NCBI RefSeq assembly: GCF_026571515.1
Contig: NW_026861694.1
Span: 186,001 to 250,000 of the forward strand
Length of the DNA: 64,000 nucleotides
Direction: 5' to 3'
Origin: Ruditapes philippinarum
Taxonomy: Eukaryota
Position numbers and translations under genes: made by a program
Shown here: positions 1 to 13,049 of the stretch, piece by piece
Numbering within the stretch: position 1 is the first letter of the stretch
How the letters are laid out: the number at the start of each line of letters is the position of its first letter
The notes under the pieces: generated by a model
The model's input: only the letters and a program-made list of their open reading frames with translations
What the model was told of the DNA's origin: nothing
The model's database searches: none

Positions 1-50
1 TGGTTTAGTGACGTATATAATACAGCAGTTAACATTTTTATATATCAAAA

Positions 51-839
51 AACAAGAGCCATTGAACCGGGTAATGCTCCCCGACTAGGTTTTGGACACA
101 TAATAGTATATCTATTGTAGTTTCATAGTTATGTTCCAAGTGTGACAAAGTTCAAAGTGTGATAATTCCAAACTTAGGTAAGGCGGAGTTTCTATTCTTT
201 GCACTTCTACTCAATGAGATCTATCTACCGACACGTCGCCTCGATATGGTGATTATTTCTGTGAAATAGTTGTAAAATCGGACTTCAAATAACAAAGTTA
301 TGGGTCGGACACGATTTTGCTGCAAGGTCATGCTGTGACTTTGACCTTCAAGGTAGCGACCCGAATGTTGCGCGCGACACGTCGACTCAATATGGTTATC
401 ATTTTTTTGAAATAGTTATAAAATCCGACTTCAAATTACGAAGTTATATGCCGGACACCATTTAGGTGCAAGGTGATGCTGTTACCTTGACCTTCAAGGT
501 AGCGACCCAAATTTTGCTCGCGACACGTCGTCTCAATATGGAGGTCATTTCTGTGAAATAATTGTAAGATCCGACTTCAAATAACGAAGTTATGGGCCGG
601 ACATTATTTTGCAGCAAGGTCATGTTGTGACCTTGACCTTCAAGTAAGCGACCCAAATGTTGCGCGCGACACGTTGTCTTAATATGATGATCATTTCTGT
701 GAAATAGTTGTAAAATCCGACTTCGAATAACGAAGTAACAGGCCGGACACGAATTCGGGAGGTACGGACGGACTGACGGACTGACGGACGGACAATCCGG
801 CGACTATATTCTCCCCCGAATTTGTTCGGGGAGCATAAT
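51..839. mobile_element. Non-autonomous Helentron-associated element (HINE / pearl / DTC84-like) with internal satellite
   Basis: Starts aacaagagc. Subterminal motif atgctcccc (74-82) is inverted as ggggagcat (828-836). Internal 146-bp repeats carry tgaccttgacc, followed by a (GACG/GACT)n microsatellite at ~765-795 and the terminal palindrome ctcccccgaa-tttg-ttcggggag. Flanks are A-rich. Confidence 0.75.
229..752. repeat. 146-bp tandem repeat, ~3.6 copies
   Basis: cgacacgt recurs at 229, 375, 521 and 667. Confidence 0.95.
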
Positions 840-1916
840 AACCTAAGTTACTTTGTCAATGTCACTTAAACTCTTTTTTTGAGAAACATAATAATAGATG
901 TACGTAACAAACCTATAAAATTACAAGATGTGTCAGAGGTTATAATCGTGACTAAAGTAAACCTTGACTTAATCAATGTTTGATAAAGCAGGGACAATCG
1001 ATGTAGCATAAGACACGAATTCATCTAATTCGAAATGCTACATTTTAAAGGAAATAAAACAGTTATTAAATATGTATTGTATCCAGTCTAATATAATACC
1101 TTCTCTCAAGATTTTTTTCTCTCATAATTTCTCACATTCATAACTATAACATGATAATAAACGTCTGTGATAAAAATGTTTTTAAACACTGTAAGTTCGT
1201 TTGCTTGTTTTTGATGTTTTTCCATGTAAGTTATTTGCAGAAAAGTTTCAGTAGAAACAGTGTTATCACATTGATAATGCAAGTATTTTACATTGACACG
1301 TGAGCGTTTAATAAACGTTTAGAATAGCTTATCCTTTCACCACTAAATAGATATGTATGAATAATAATGGTAAGGGTTGATATGTTTGATAATTGAATGA
1401 TGAAGGTGGCATTTAAGTAAGTGAAATACATTTGTTAACTACATAACTTCTTTATGTAAATATGATAACATAAATTGTTGAAACCATCATATTTTCTCGT
1501 AGGTTAGAGTGCATATGACCTTAAAAAGCCGTAAGTAATCAGGAGGACTTTATCGTTAGTGTATGTGCATGTTTTATGACAGTCACTGTTATTAAAAATC
1601 AAGTTCGTTTGAAAGAATCATGTTTTGTTTCAAACAGTGGTCTTATCGTAAATGCACTGACAACAGTAAAACTTTGTTTAATGATCCAAATTAAAAGAAT
1701 TTTAAGTTGGAAGCAAATGGTTTATTTGCTCCACCCTTTTTTGTGTCAATATTTATATTTAATTACTCATTCGAATACGAAGGCAAAACAAAATCAACTT
1801 AAAAAAGAAGTGTTTATTTGAAATCAAAGTCAAAACAAAACAAGTTCCAAAGTTTTAATAAATGAATTGAATCATAAAAAGCAAAATGTAATGAATGCAT
1901 CAATAAGAACTTGAAA

Positions 1917-2113
1917 GACTTCTCAAAAAACTATATCTGACCCTTGCTTTGGTGCCCGCTAATTGACATCAATTGATTTAGATGCAGTGCTTATTGGGAT
2001 GAGGTTCATATAGGCTGACAAATGTGATGTAGTTTAATGCATGAGTTGAAAGTTATTAATCAATCAGGGCAATAAATAAGAGAGAAATTAACCACAGTCG
2101 AAAATTGCAAATT
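1917..2113. other. Conserved ~197-bp non-coding element X, copy 1
   Basis: Nearly gapless alignment to 26384-26580, 3764-3960 and 28928-29124. Confidence 0.8.
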
Positions 2114-2824
2114 ATATTCTCTACACCAGTTCTGATTATTTACATTGTTTATTACGAACGGAAGGATGAAAATGACCTGCTTATAAATATCGCCAACCAT
2201 ATTATCACATTACCAATATCATAGAGTTTTGAAAAAGATATCTAGAGCAGGTATACTAAAAAAACTTTATCATAATTTTATTTTAAATACAAAATATTAG
2301 ATATAAAATATACTAGTAGTTTCCTTGCACCTTGCTCGTATAAATTACAATGATGATTAAAGAAAATATCAGAGGTCTTTGTTTATCAGATTGTATCCCG
2401 AAAAACACCAAGAGCTAAACAGTTGCCCATTTAATATAACTCTATAATTAAAGCAATGAATAAATAATAATAATAAAATCAACTTCTTTCTTAAATTTGT
2501 TTATGTGAAACAAGTAGAGTATTGATGCCGATTTCAAGTTTGATGTTCTTCATCTATGTCATTCATTTACTGGCATTCATCTTTTGTTTTGTTTTTCAAG
2601 ATTCAGATATATAAAGTAAGGTATAATTATTTAAATAGTTGAAAATATGTATTCTTATCTGCAAATACCTATATGTAAATTCATAATAAATTATATCTTA
2701 GTAAAATAATTCAAAGACTTCCACTACTCGGCATAAGAAGTCCTTGAAAAATCAAAGAAACATGATTTGAAAATATTATTAACCTTAATAGGGCGCGCGC
2801 CACTCAATGTAATCTGCATACAAA

Positions 2825-2940
2825 AGTCACGGAAAAGAATGCAAAAATAGATAATTTTACTTAAAATCTATATTATATATGCAGTCACGGAGAAGAATAC
2901 GGAAAGAGATAATTCTACTTAAAATCTATATTATATATGC
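2825..2940. repeat. 58-bp tandem duplication
   Basis: agtcacgga...tctatattatatatgc occurs at 2825 and 2883. Confidence 0.9.
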
Positions 2941-3763
2941 ATGTGGAAAGTTATTGTTTAAACGATTTTTTCTCAAATAACATAACAGTTGTTTGAAATG
3001 CACATTAACATCATCTAAAAGCTCTTTAACATGCAATCTTCTGATTCATTAGGGGGTCCTGCAATAATGTTTTCATTCTACCGGATATTGATGTCACTAC
3101 TAATATCATTGACAATGTTGACGTTTGTAATTGAACCGTATAAAACAAATTTGTTACGAGATCTCTGTTTAATAGATAACAAATTTATTTCTTATCGGTA
3201 ACAGAAATTCATTTGAAAATACATGGTTTATACATAAAAGGCGAAAAGTTTGGTTGTTATATTCCAAAATACCCGAGTAACTATGTATAAATGAACATAG
3301 TGCTCTGAATATCATTATTACTTCAGAATTTGTAAAAATGTTGATAATCAGCAGCTTAAGCATATGGAACACAGATTTTTGCGAATGCATTTCACACTAT
3401 ACTCACTAGAAATAATAAATATCTTCATAACAAACAAAACAAACTTGACAGTAATTTTTAGAGATATTCCCTGCAATTATGAAGAACCTGATCATATGCA
3501 CGATGTGAAGACTAATGATTACATATGTTAAAGACCAGACATTACAGCAGAATGAACATAAGGCAACATTTTGTACACAATTTTCTTTACAATTTCTCCT
3601 ACACCAATGAATTTCCTTATTCTAGTCTATCAGTAAACAAACCAGTAAACAAACTTTACTATTAACAATCAAAATGCTACAATTCGAGTTTTTTTGTCTA
3701 GGCATTTAAATACGAGTTGATTAGGTCAGTTAATTATGCACAGTTATGTATACGATCATGAAA

Positions 3764-3960
3764 TACTTCCGCTCAACTTTCCTTGACCCTAATTAGTATG
3801 TTCGCTGATTTGTGCCGACTGATTCAGATGCCTTGGTAATAGGGATATGTTTCAGATTTTCCGTCAAATGCGATGAAGTTTACAGGCTGTGTTGAAGGTC
3901 TAACATTACTCATGACAATAAATTTGACAGCAATTTACCATAATCAACACATTGTACATA
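3764..3960. other. Conserved non-coding element X, copy 2
   Basis: Gapless paralog of 28928-29124. Confidence 0.8.
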
Positions 3961-6276
3961 CATGTAACAGAAGCAACGCTTGTTACAAGTATTTTGTTGT
4001 CACATGTGTGACTTAAAATGTACCCGGGTCATGTATAATTATGATCAAGGTTAAATCAAATTCTGAATTCTGAACTACAACGATATTAAACAACTAAGTA
4101 CTAAATTCAATGGAAAAATTGCCCAAATTAAAAATGTTGCAATGACGACTCTCCAGAAGTACAACTGCTTCTGCTTTATTAAAAAAACCTGTACAGATTT
4201 CTTAAGTGAACTGACGACCAATTTTGTAAAGATTAACTTGTTACTTTAAGCTCCATTATGCCTCAGAAATGCTCACATTTTTATTTCACAAAGAACCTTT
4301 AAATTTGTGGTATCTTGTTATAGTTACTGAAAAAAAAAATCATTTGCCATACAGATGAGTAATCTTATTTTGCTTGATTGGCAATAAGTATATATTCATA
4401 GTGAATAAGTTCTTTTGTATGGAAGTGAAAATACTACTTTGTTTACATTTTGCTGCCTTGTTGACACATTACTGGACATTTGGCGCTACTTCATTGAGCT
4501 GTTGAGCGTATAACTTGCATAAATTCCATTATATAAACATTACTATACACATTTTGACTTTTCAAAAGACTTAAATACATCTAGATATTTGAAGCACAAT
4601 TTGCCTTTAAGTAAAAAACTTGCTAATATAATATCAATGAGATGTGGACATAGCACTATATTAATTAAACTAAAACGCGTTTTTATTCAATGGACACTTT
4701 ATTGGAATCCTACGATAAAAGCAAATGTCACTGCGTTTTATAGACATTTTATATTGCAATCATTTAATGATTAACGTATGTCATTTATTGATTATTTGAT
4801 AGATATTGATTATATAATTGCAATATCATATTTTTGTTTTGTATTTGGAATCAAACCATACATTTTTATTGTGGAGGCGTTGATGTTATAAATTATCTTC
4901 TGATATGCGATTAAACTCTATAAATTATTCAACAATACTGTGAAATAAACCAATTTCGAAAAAATCACTTTGAAGTTCTTGTTTGATTTTAATCGTTTGT
5001 CATATAATTTGTTGTGTACTTATTGTTATATACTGTACTACATACATCTGTAATCATTTATTGGTTCGCCCCTTTGTATCCTGAACTAGTTCCATCCATC
5101 ATATGCATCTTCAATAGAAAAGTTAAATGTAGTAAACTACAGTGCGCTATTTAAGTTTTTACCATAATCATCTACCATTTTAATTGAAATGATAAGAATC
5201 AAATATCAAGTGATTTGTAGCAGGTTATTTGAATTATGATATGCTTTCTACTCATTTCCTTAATATGTTAAGGACTTAATTATGGTTTAAGATGTTGCAG
5301 ATATATTATTACTAACCTAAGAACATTACAATCAAATTCACACTAACACAAGAGGCTTCCCTGTCTGATTAGACATACCACCACCGGCTTTCAACATCAC
5401 TTTGCTTAATCCCAGTCGAGCAATTACAAAAGAAAATACCATTAAGCTGTTTTTTGTAAAAATAATGTTTTGATATTATATTCATTATCTTTGTTTTTAT
5501 AGTTAAATTTTTGATTAATTTGGGCGAAATATATTTTTCATATAAGGCCGTTAACAAAACTTGCCTATTTATGTTCCCTTCTATATATGCAGGATATGTT
5601 TACATGGAAACACAAGTGTTACTTCAATCACTTGTCATACATCATCCAATTTGAGCGCTAACATTGATAAACTAGTTTTAGAAAATGAGCTGGGTGATAG
5701 ATTAATTACTAGCAACAGGTACATACAGTGGCAACTGCTCCATAATACAACATTGTTTTATCTGTTTGCTTTGAAAAATGCAAAATGGCATTCTCATCGT
5801 GAAAGTCCATGATTATCGGTAAGGTTTCATGCCGCTTATCTTCTTCCGTATATCCCGTCGGTAGACTATATTACTAATTTAAAGTTCATGCATCAGTTCT
5901 TTTATCTTGTTATATTGGTTTAATTTGTGTCAAAGGAACCCAGATGGCCTTCGGATACGCCATTTTGCAGATAGAAACACGTTTTTTTTTAAATTTTCTA
6001 GTGTACTTTTGGGAATTAACAAACAAAACTGATATTTTTGTTTGGACAGATCTGTAATATGTAACATCTTCGTCTTGACCAGACAGCGTTAAGGGACTGT
6101 TGCAAAAATATGAATTACACAGTTTCAATTAATATACAGGGCAACTATATTGCATGATCAAATAACATAATTTTTTAATGACGTGATAATTTAGACGCGT
6201 CACTTCAAATGCATCTTAACTTTGTGTTTCAAAGCGGCGTAAATGCATGAATCTTTTTGCATGAATTTCAATTGAT

Positions 6277-6353
6277 ATACATTAAACTTTCGTTATCTCG
6301 AACTCGTTCAGAGCGTCAACAAACCGAGATAACGAAATGTCGAGATAACCGAA
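6277..6353. mobile_element. Fragment of a Tc1/pogo-like MITE terminus
   Basis: aaactttcgttatctcgaactcg...cgagataacgaa...tcgagataaccgaa, with repeated and inverted gttatctcg motifs. Confidence 0.35.
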
Positions 6354-7822
6354 AAGGCTTCTTACAAAAACAGACTGATAAGCACTATTTACAAATAGCT
6401 TTATGTCCGTATAGGTAAACAAAATGTGTATCTTTTTAAGGCCGAAATAAGAGTTAACATAGTGGGAAATACAGAAACATAAATCACATTTATATCTCCA
6501 ACAAGGAGGGGATTTACATACACATTCTTATGTGTACATCTTATAAAATTCTTCATAAACCTTACGATATCGAGTGTCAGAAAGTATTGTTTATTTTGAC
6601 AGGATAAATTAGCTTTGATTGAAATACAATTGCAAATTGCAGTTATAGATAATTTTGAAAACATCGTTGCAGGTAATGAATAAGGAAAAAGGTATTAATG
6701 CACGCTGAAAAAACAGAATTAAATAAACAGCATGTAGTAAACATTTACGTGAAGCATTATACATTTTTTAAAACAATTTGGGTACCACTGAAATAAAGAT
6801 TTAATAGATCGTTATGTCAACTAAACTGCATAAGACTATATGATGAAGCGGGGCAAAGGACCCGAATGCGTGTGCATGCTTTAACGAAGACCGCAGTTGC
6901 GCAATCATACTCCTTTTTTTCAAACAACGACCGTAACAACATGTACACAAAGGTACCTCTACTCCCGAAACCACGTTTTTTGGGTGTAAAGCATTTTTAC
7001 TTCATTGTGTTGTCCATGTAGGTAACTGAGTGCACTGTCCACTTATTTGTAAGTCTAAATATCAAATTATTTCAATATTGTCATTGAATACTTTTTATGC
7101 TTTACGTGAATGGCGTTACTGCAGCATATCTACACGTATAGAAATATTCCTTCGTACAAGAAGAAAAAATGTACTGGAAAATATTTCTGCTGCAATATGA
7201 ACCTTATTCTTAAAGGGTATTTATGCATTTTGTTATCGTTTGAAGCTTTTGAACGTTTTGTTGTGGGTTATTAAGTACTGAATGATTGTTTCTTTGTCTG
7301 CTAAATAATTCCCAAGGTTCTTACACGCCTTTGGCCGTGTCCACAGTAAAATCTTTTGTATGCATACTTTCTTTTTATATATCTTAAGCGTAGACAATAA
7401 TGACATTGATTGATCTGAAACATCAGTTTTGCATAAAATAGCCATGAAATTACATGAAATCTGAGAAAACAAACTTCCTTGAGCACTATAATGAAATAGA
7501 ACTTTACGACTTTTAAAAAATATTTGTCTAATAGGAAGTATATAAATCTAAGCGTTAGCATATAACTTTGTCTCCGCTGTCCTCTCTCACATTATTTATG
7601 ATTTTGGATTGTATACAAGAATTTTCTGAGCAAACAAAATATAGTTTATATTGATGCTCGTTAAAACACTAGACAGAAGTTGCACTAAACGTTTTGAACT
7701 TAAGTTTAGTGTTATAATAACAACAAATTGACAGAACTTTGACTCATCGTTTTACATTTATTGGAGTTCGAGTATTTATATGATTTTAACAAAATTTAGT
7801 AATACTTTGTATTAAACTGATT

Positions 7823-8003
7823 TGTTATGCCGATGTGACTTACGAACTTCATAAGATCTTGGGTCATGGTAATTTTACTTCTGTTTTTACTAAAATCATT
7901 AATTTTTCGTACTGTTCGTCTTCTGTCTTGCTTCGTCGGGTCCTTGTACTAGGTGATTTCTTGTTCCCCTGTTTTCCTTTAAGGCATTGAGTACTTTTGT
8001 TAT
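7823..8003 (+). mobile_element. Naiad-like Penelope retroelement 3' remnant (RT C-terminus plus start of 3' UTR), interrupted by a DNA transposon
   Basis: 7823-7903 translates CYADVTYELHKILGHGNFTSVFTKIIN, matching the minus-strand copy at 61.9 kb and the recalled C-terminus of mollusc Penelope-like RTs. It continues at 10884. Confidence 0.65.
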
Positions 8004-10878
8004 CAGGGCTGGGAATCAAAACTGCGTCGTATCCTACAAAATGTAAACAAACGCCGCCATCTTGGAACGAAAAATGTATGTTTTTGTTTATAACTCTTTT
8101 TGTTGGAAATGATTGAAAACCAGATATATGTATTAACACGCTACACTATTTTCCGCTTCGTTCGGTATATGTTGCTTGCACAACTATTTTGTAAAACAAA
8201 AGTTATAGCGAACTTGCAACTCGAAGCGGAGCAGAATTTTTATGAAAATGTGTGGATACGACGCAGTTCATATTGCATTTTCTATCGTTTTTTCCTTCAA
8301 ATTAATTATATATTTGTTTCAGAGTTCACCATAAACTTCAAAGCATAATTTTGCATCATTTACTAAAATTTCATTAAAAAGAGATGTTTATTTTCCAAGA
8401 TAATAATGGTTTTTACGAAATGATACGACGCAGTTGAAAATAAAATATGATACGACGCAGTTGTATTTTCATTGCAGTCTGCATATTGGATAAACTATTT
8501 AAATTATGTGCTAGGCATGCTAATAACGTCCAACAACATTTCTTGTTTACAACTTAAGTCAAAAGCAGAGGTCACGAAATGGTTCCATAAAAATGGAAAT
8601 GTAATACAATTCTATTAGGTCGCATTTTAGTACCTATCATAAGCATCTACAAATTCCGAAAAGCTGTATCAAATGCAATATACATTGAAACACGTGATCG
8701 CACACCCATATGATAACATGTTCCAGTTTTGCCTTAGTGTGCTTCTAAAATTGTTGCCGTGGGTTTGAAATTGGAGTGATAACAATTTTTCATACAAAAT
8801 TCAATATTCCAGTGTACCTCTCATGGACCCTGTATTAATCAGGAATGACCTTTTAAGAAAAAAGAGAAATAATTACTATTTTTGAAAAGGTCTCTTGCTA
8901 TCGGAAGAGAGCTATGCGCTAATTGCATGCTTACCTTTGTTACTTGTAATTAGCAATAATTTCCGTCCATTCCGTTATTACTTATGTCTTTTACGTGCCG
9001 ATTTTATTGTATTCATTTTCTTAATAATCGGTGAGAACAGATGAGCTTTATTATTTGAAACTGAACATTTAATTTTTTAAAATCATATTATAAATGGTAA
9101 GGCTACAATATATTTTTGCAAGTAGGTTATGCGTTCAGTTTAGTCATTTTATGTCTGCTCCGCGGAACTTTGCCGCTGATTTTGTCGTATTGCATTTCTT
9201 TATCGCCGATAAGGAAAGGTCTACGGAATGTATTTTCTATATTTGCACTAAAATATTATTTTTCTCCAATAAAAAAACTTTAAATTTTCAAAATCGAGTT
9301 ACATATGATACAACTACAAATCATTTTGTAAAGAAGGTGTCCGTTTTGCAAAGGTATTTTACGCTGTGTACCGATAAATTTGATACAGATATAGGCAGAC
9401 ATGATCTTTCAACAGTATTGAAAAAGTTTTCACAATATTGAACAGAAAATTTATGTCAGATTATCGCATCGAATTTTCAACAGGCTAGAGACATGGCATT
9501 TTAACATACCTTCATACTAAAGTGTGACTTTTATTTGATAATGAATTGCTTGAAAACCTACACAAAAGTTTTTAGAAAATGACTTCACAGAGGATTACCC
9601 CCTGTTTACATTGAAAATTTCTCTGCTAGTCATACCGAAATAAGAAATGTAAATGTTATTCTCTTTATAAATAATTAAAATATTTATAATCTTAAAACTT
9701 CATGCCAGAAGTTAATAAAAAGCTGCTTAGATGTACAGCTGACGTTAACAAATTTTGTTGAAAAAACAAATCAGACAGGTGTGTCCGACCGAGGCCGAGC
9801 TGTTTATGTTTACCGAATTCAAATCACTTGAACTGAACTGCTATGAATTCGAAAACCACCAGGGACTTTTTATTCTTTTGTGTGGAAAACCTATCAAGCT
9901 AGTTTAAAAATGTCGATCGGTTCTCTGCAGGTGCAACATTTTGCCTGAAATAATGCACAAAGACGCACCTGAGGTCCTCGCCCCTAGTAAAGCTTATGTG
10001 TAGAGTGAAAGTTTGAAAACAAACAACAAAAAAGCAGTCATTACCATAAACATGCAGAACCACAGTTAACTTAGAGCGTAGCTAGCCAAAATGAATTCAA
10101 GTTAATAGATTTCTACAATATTTTTGCGAAAAAAATTAGGGATAATATTGAACATACAGGAAAATATAAGAAATTATTTCAGATATTATGATCAATTAGG
10201 TAACATGTTCATGTTTAACTGAAAAGTAGCTTCCGCAATGTAAACTTTCAAATTCAATGTTATATTGGACATGACACAATGTATTCTAAATAATCAAAAG
10301 CAACAGAACATTGCTATACACCGCAAATGATCTGGGTTTTTTAGTTTGCGCAAGTGATTATTCCATAAAATAGAAATATATTGCCAAAATTATCCCTGTT
10401 TAAAAGACTGCCAAAATTGCAACTGCGTCGTATCATATTTTATTTTCAACTGCGTCGTATCATTTCGTTAAAATCATTATTTTCTTAGAAAATAAACATC
10501 TCTTTTTAATGAAATTTTAGTAAATGATGCAAAATTATATTTCGAAGTTTATGGTGAACTCTAAAACAAATATATAATTGATTTGAAGGAAAAACGATAG
10601 ATAAAGCAATATGAACTGCGTCGTATCCACACATTTTCATAAAAATTCTGCCCCGCTTCGAGTTGCAAGTTCGCTATAACTTTTGTTTTACAAAATAGTT
10701 GTGCAAGCAACATATACCGAACGAAGCGGAAAATAGTGTAGCGTGTTAATACATATATCTGGTTTTCAGTCATTTCCAACAAAAAAAGTTATTAACAAAA
10801 ACATACATTTTTCGTTCCAAGATGGCGGCGTTTGTTTACATTTTGTAGGATACGACGCAGTTTTGATTCCCAGCCCTG
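8004..10878. mobile_element. Non-autonomous DNA transposon, ~460-bp TIRs, CAGGG ends, 5-bp TSD GTTAT
   Basis: 8004-8463 is the near-perfect reverse complement of 10420-10878. gttat flanks both ends (7999-8003, 10879-10883). gatacgacgcagtt occurs four times per TIR. No internal transposase ORF. Confidence 0.92.
9785..9995 (+). mobile_element. Degenerate tRNA-derived SINE (V-domain/RUDI-like)
   Basis: tRNA-like head (ggccgag...ttcaaatcactt...ttcgaa), then ccagggact...gcctgaaataatgcac...cacctgaggtc...gtaaagct. Related copies lie at 54.9, 56.5 and 63.7 kb. Confidence 0.6.
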
Positions 10879-10883
10879 GTTAT

Positions 10884-11280
10884 GGTCAATGGGTTTGCTT
10901 TTATATGTATCTACATGATCATTTATATGTTTTACTTATTTCTCCTTTTGTAACAATAACAACTGTTAGAGTTTTGCTTGGCAGGGATTCTCGTTTTAAA
11001 GAAACATGGTGGGGCTAAGAGTGAGGTTTGTGCACCATTTACAGGTCTAAACTCCCCAGCAGTGCTTATGCTGCTGACCGTTCCAAGGCGGCGTCCCTCT
11101 GTGTTCCTCAGATGTATGCTTTTGTTGTTTCGTACTATTATGGTGACACTTGTGTGTCCCTTGTTGATTTCTCGTCTACGATAAGTATCTTCCCCTTGCC
11201 CCTAGCTTTGTTTATTTTAAATTTGCCCCCCTCCCCGACCTTCTATCCCCCTTCCTCAATATTCCCTTTACATTTTTAAT
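10884..11280 (+). mobile_element. Naiad-like retroelement 3' UTR (continuation of 7823-8003)
   Basis: Reverse-complement similarity to ~61240-61650, including ctgaccgttccaaggcggcg. Confidence 0.75.
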
Positions 11281-11864
11281 CGTCTCTTTAATTTCATTGT
11301 CGGTTTCTATTACTAGTATTTCCTTTATACATGTATATATTATTATAGTAATCAACCGTCCGTGCTTTGCCTTCTGTGCTGTCGTGTTTTAATGTCCCAG
11401 ACGGAATTCTAATTAAAGGCAGTGAGGGACAAGTTGTTCTTAGTAACAGATGGGTTCCATTTCTTAGGGCACTAAAGATTTTTTTTGAATGATTGTGCAT
11501 GTTCATTTTAAATAGTAAGACCAAACATAACTAAATATTAATGCATAAAATATCATAATCATTAACAATACCTGTAATGTTATGCTTTACTTTACACAAA
11601 ACTTACTTTTGAACACTATTTGTTTTTCAAAACTATACAACACTATACACTATGTCTTAGGTATCATATTTCCATATGTCTTAGTGCCAAAAACTTATTC
11701 TTATTTAATTAATCTTACAGAGAATTTATTTTTACTGATACCCGTATAAGGGTATGGTTAAAAATAACATTAACTGTGAATTCCATGCAATTATTGTACA
11801 TGTTTACCTATTTGTTTTCGATACCTTTTGTCCAAGTCCTTGTGCTGTTTCAATCGTCAAGTTG

Positions 11865-12140
11865 TTTAAGATGGTCGGTCAACACCCCATTATTGTAACA
11901 GCTGTGTTTGTGGTACTTAAAGGTATTTCTATTAGATTTTTAATAATGTTTCCTCACACATAAGGTTAGGATATGTTGCCTGCTTTGTCTCTTTAGACAA
12001 CGTATCTGTAATAAGCAGGCTTCATAGCCTCTGAATGAATCCCTTTCTAAATTCCGTTTTATTTAGTTGCGTCCATTGTTTATACGTTTATGTCACACAC
12101 ATTTTACCTGCAGACCATACGCCGTCTTCCATGGAGTGTC
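11865..12140 (+). mobile_element. Structured non-coding repeat family L, diverged fragment
   Basis: ttaggatatgttgcctgc...gcaggcttcata...tttatttagtt...gaccatacgccg matches the reverse complement of ~58320-58600. Confidence 0.8.
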
Positions 12141-12424
12141 GACATGCCAACACAAAATCAAATATAAAGGTACATCTACCATCTATAATTGAACACTCGG
12201 GTTTAATTTCAAAATTAAGAGTAACAGTACTTTGTTTTTTTTCTTAACTTCTTTATATTGTTTTGAACAACATTTTGTTGAAATAAAGAACTCATATTCA
12301 TGTATTCAATAATTGTTACAGTTTTGTAACTGGAGAAGTGGTGGTGATACATAACCATTATTGGTGCTTAATACCTGAATACATCTTTGTTTAAACTGAT
12401 TACAGCCTGGGTTGCTAATAATAA

Positions 12425-12708
12425 CACTCCGCTTTTCTTGGAATGGCACTAATGTGTCACATTGAAGGTTCCCTGATAACCGCCATATGAACACATCTGC
12501 GGATGTTTCCAAATTCACAATTTTACTATTTTCATGTTTAAATTTTGAATTCTGCTTAAGCCGGTGCTAGGGGCCGTGGACGGTAGTTTGCATTTGAAAG
12601 TACCGTCCATGAACAGGCTCAATCAAACCAAGCCTGCAACATTGTCCATTTTGTCGTTTTGGGCATTCTTTAGGGATTTAGTTTAGGGATGCAGTTTCTC
12701 TCTATTTT
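12425..12708 (+). mobile_element. Family L, 3' half
   Basis: Reverse complement of 58073-58340; ends ...tttagggat...tctatttt. Confidence 0.9.
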
Positions 12709-12737
12709 AGCAAACTATCTAAATGATTAATAAAGAA

Positions 12738-12973
12738 TTCTGGAAACAAAGTGATCCCTCGGAAGCATTAATCACAACAAAATAACATAAGAATTGCAGA
12801 CTCGGTTTGATTGAGTCTGTATGGGATAATTTAAGTGCAAAATCCTCACGCCTCTAGACCGGCTGAGCGGTACTCATTCTCACTTAAGTGTTGCATCAAT
12901 GATCCGAAGGCCAGAAAATATAACAACACTGAAGTGAAGTACGGGGCAACTTTTTACGGCCGCCACACGGCAC
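12738..12973 (-). mobile_element. Structured non-coding repeat family S (short relative of L)
   Basis: Shares the hairpin cagactcggtttgattgagtctg, the ctag(c)accggct motif and a 35-nt terminal motif with L. Paralogs at 27356 and 35228. Confidence 0.8.
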
Positions 12974-13049
12974 TTGACACCATCTACTAACATCATCTTC
13001 GCTAAATTTTGAATAAATTTTCTTTTGAGGTACAGGTAATAGAATCTTT

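Larger units (their letters stand above)
1917..6735 (+). repeat. Old segmental duplication, direct paralog of ~26384-33720
   Basis: Collinear blocks: 1917/26384, 2935-3170/27572-27812, 3764/28928, 5180-5350/30855-31000 plus 32435, 6585-6735/33555-33720. Confidence 0.85.

Noticed and set aside
8100-10782. Near-identical ORFs 8100-8348 and 10561-10782 as paralogous genes
   Set aside because: They lie within the two TIRs of one transposon.
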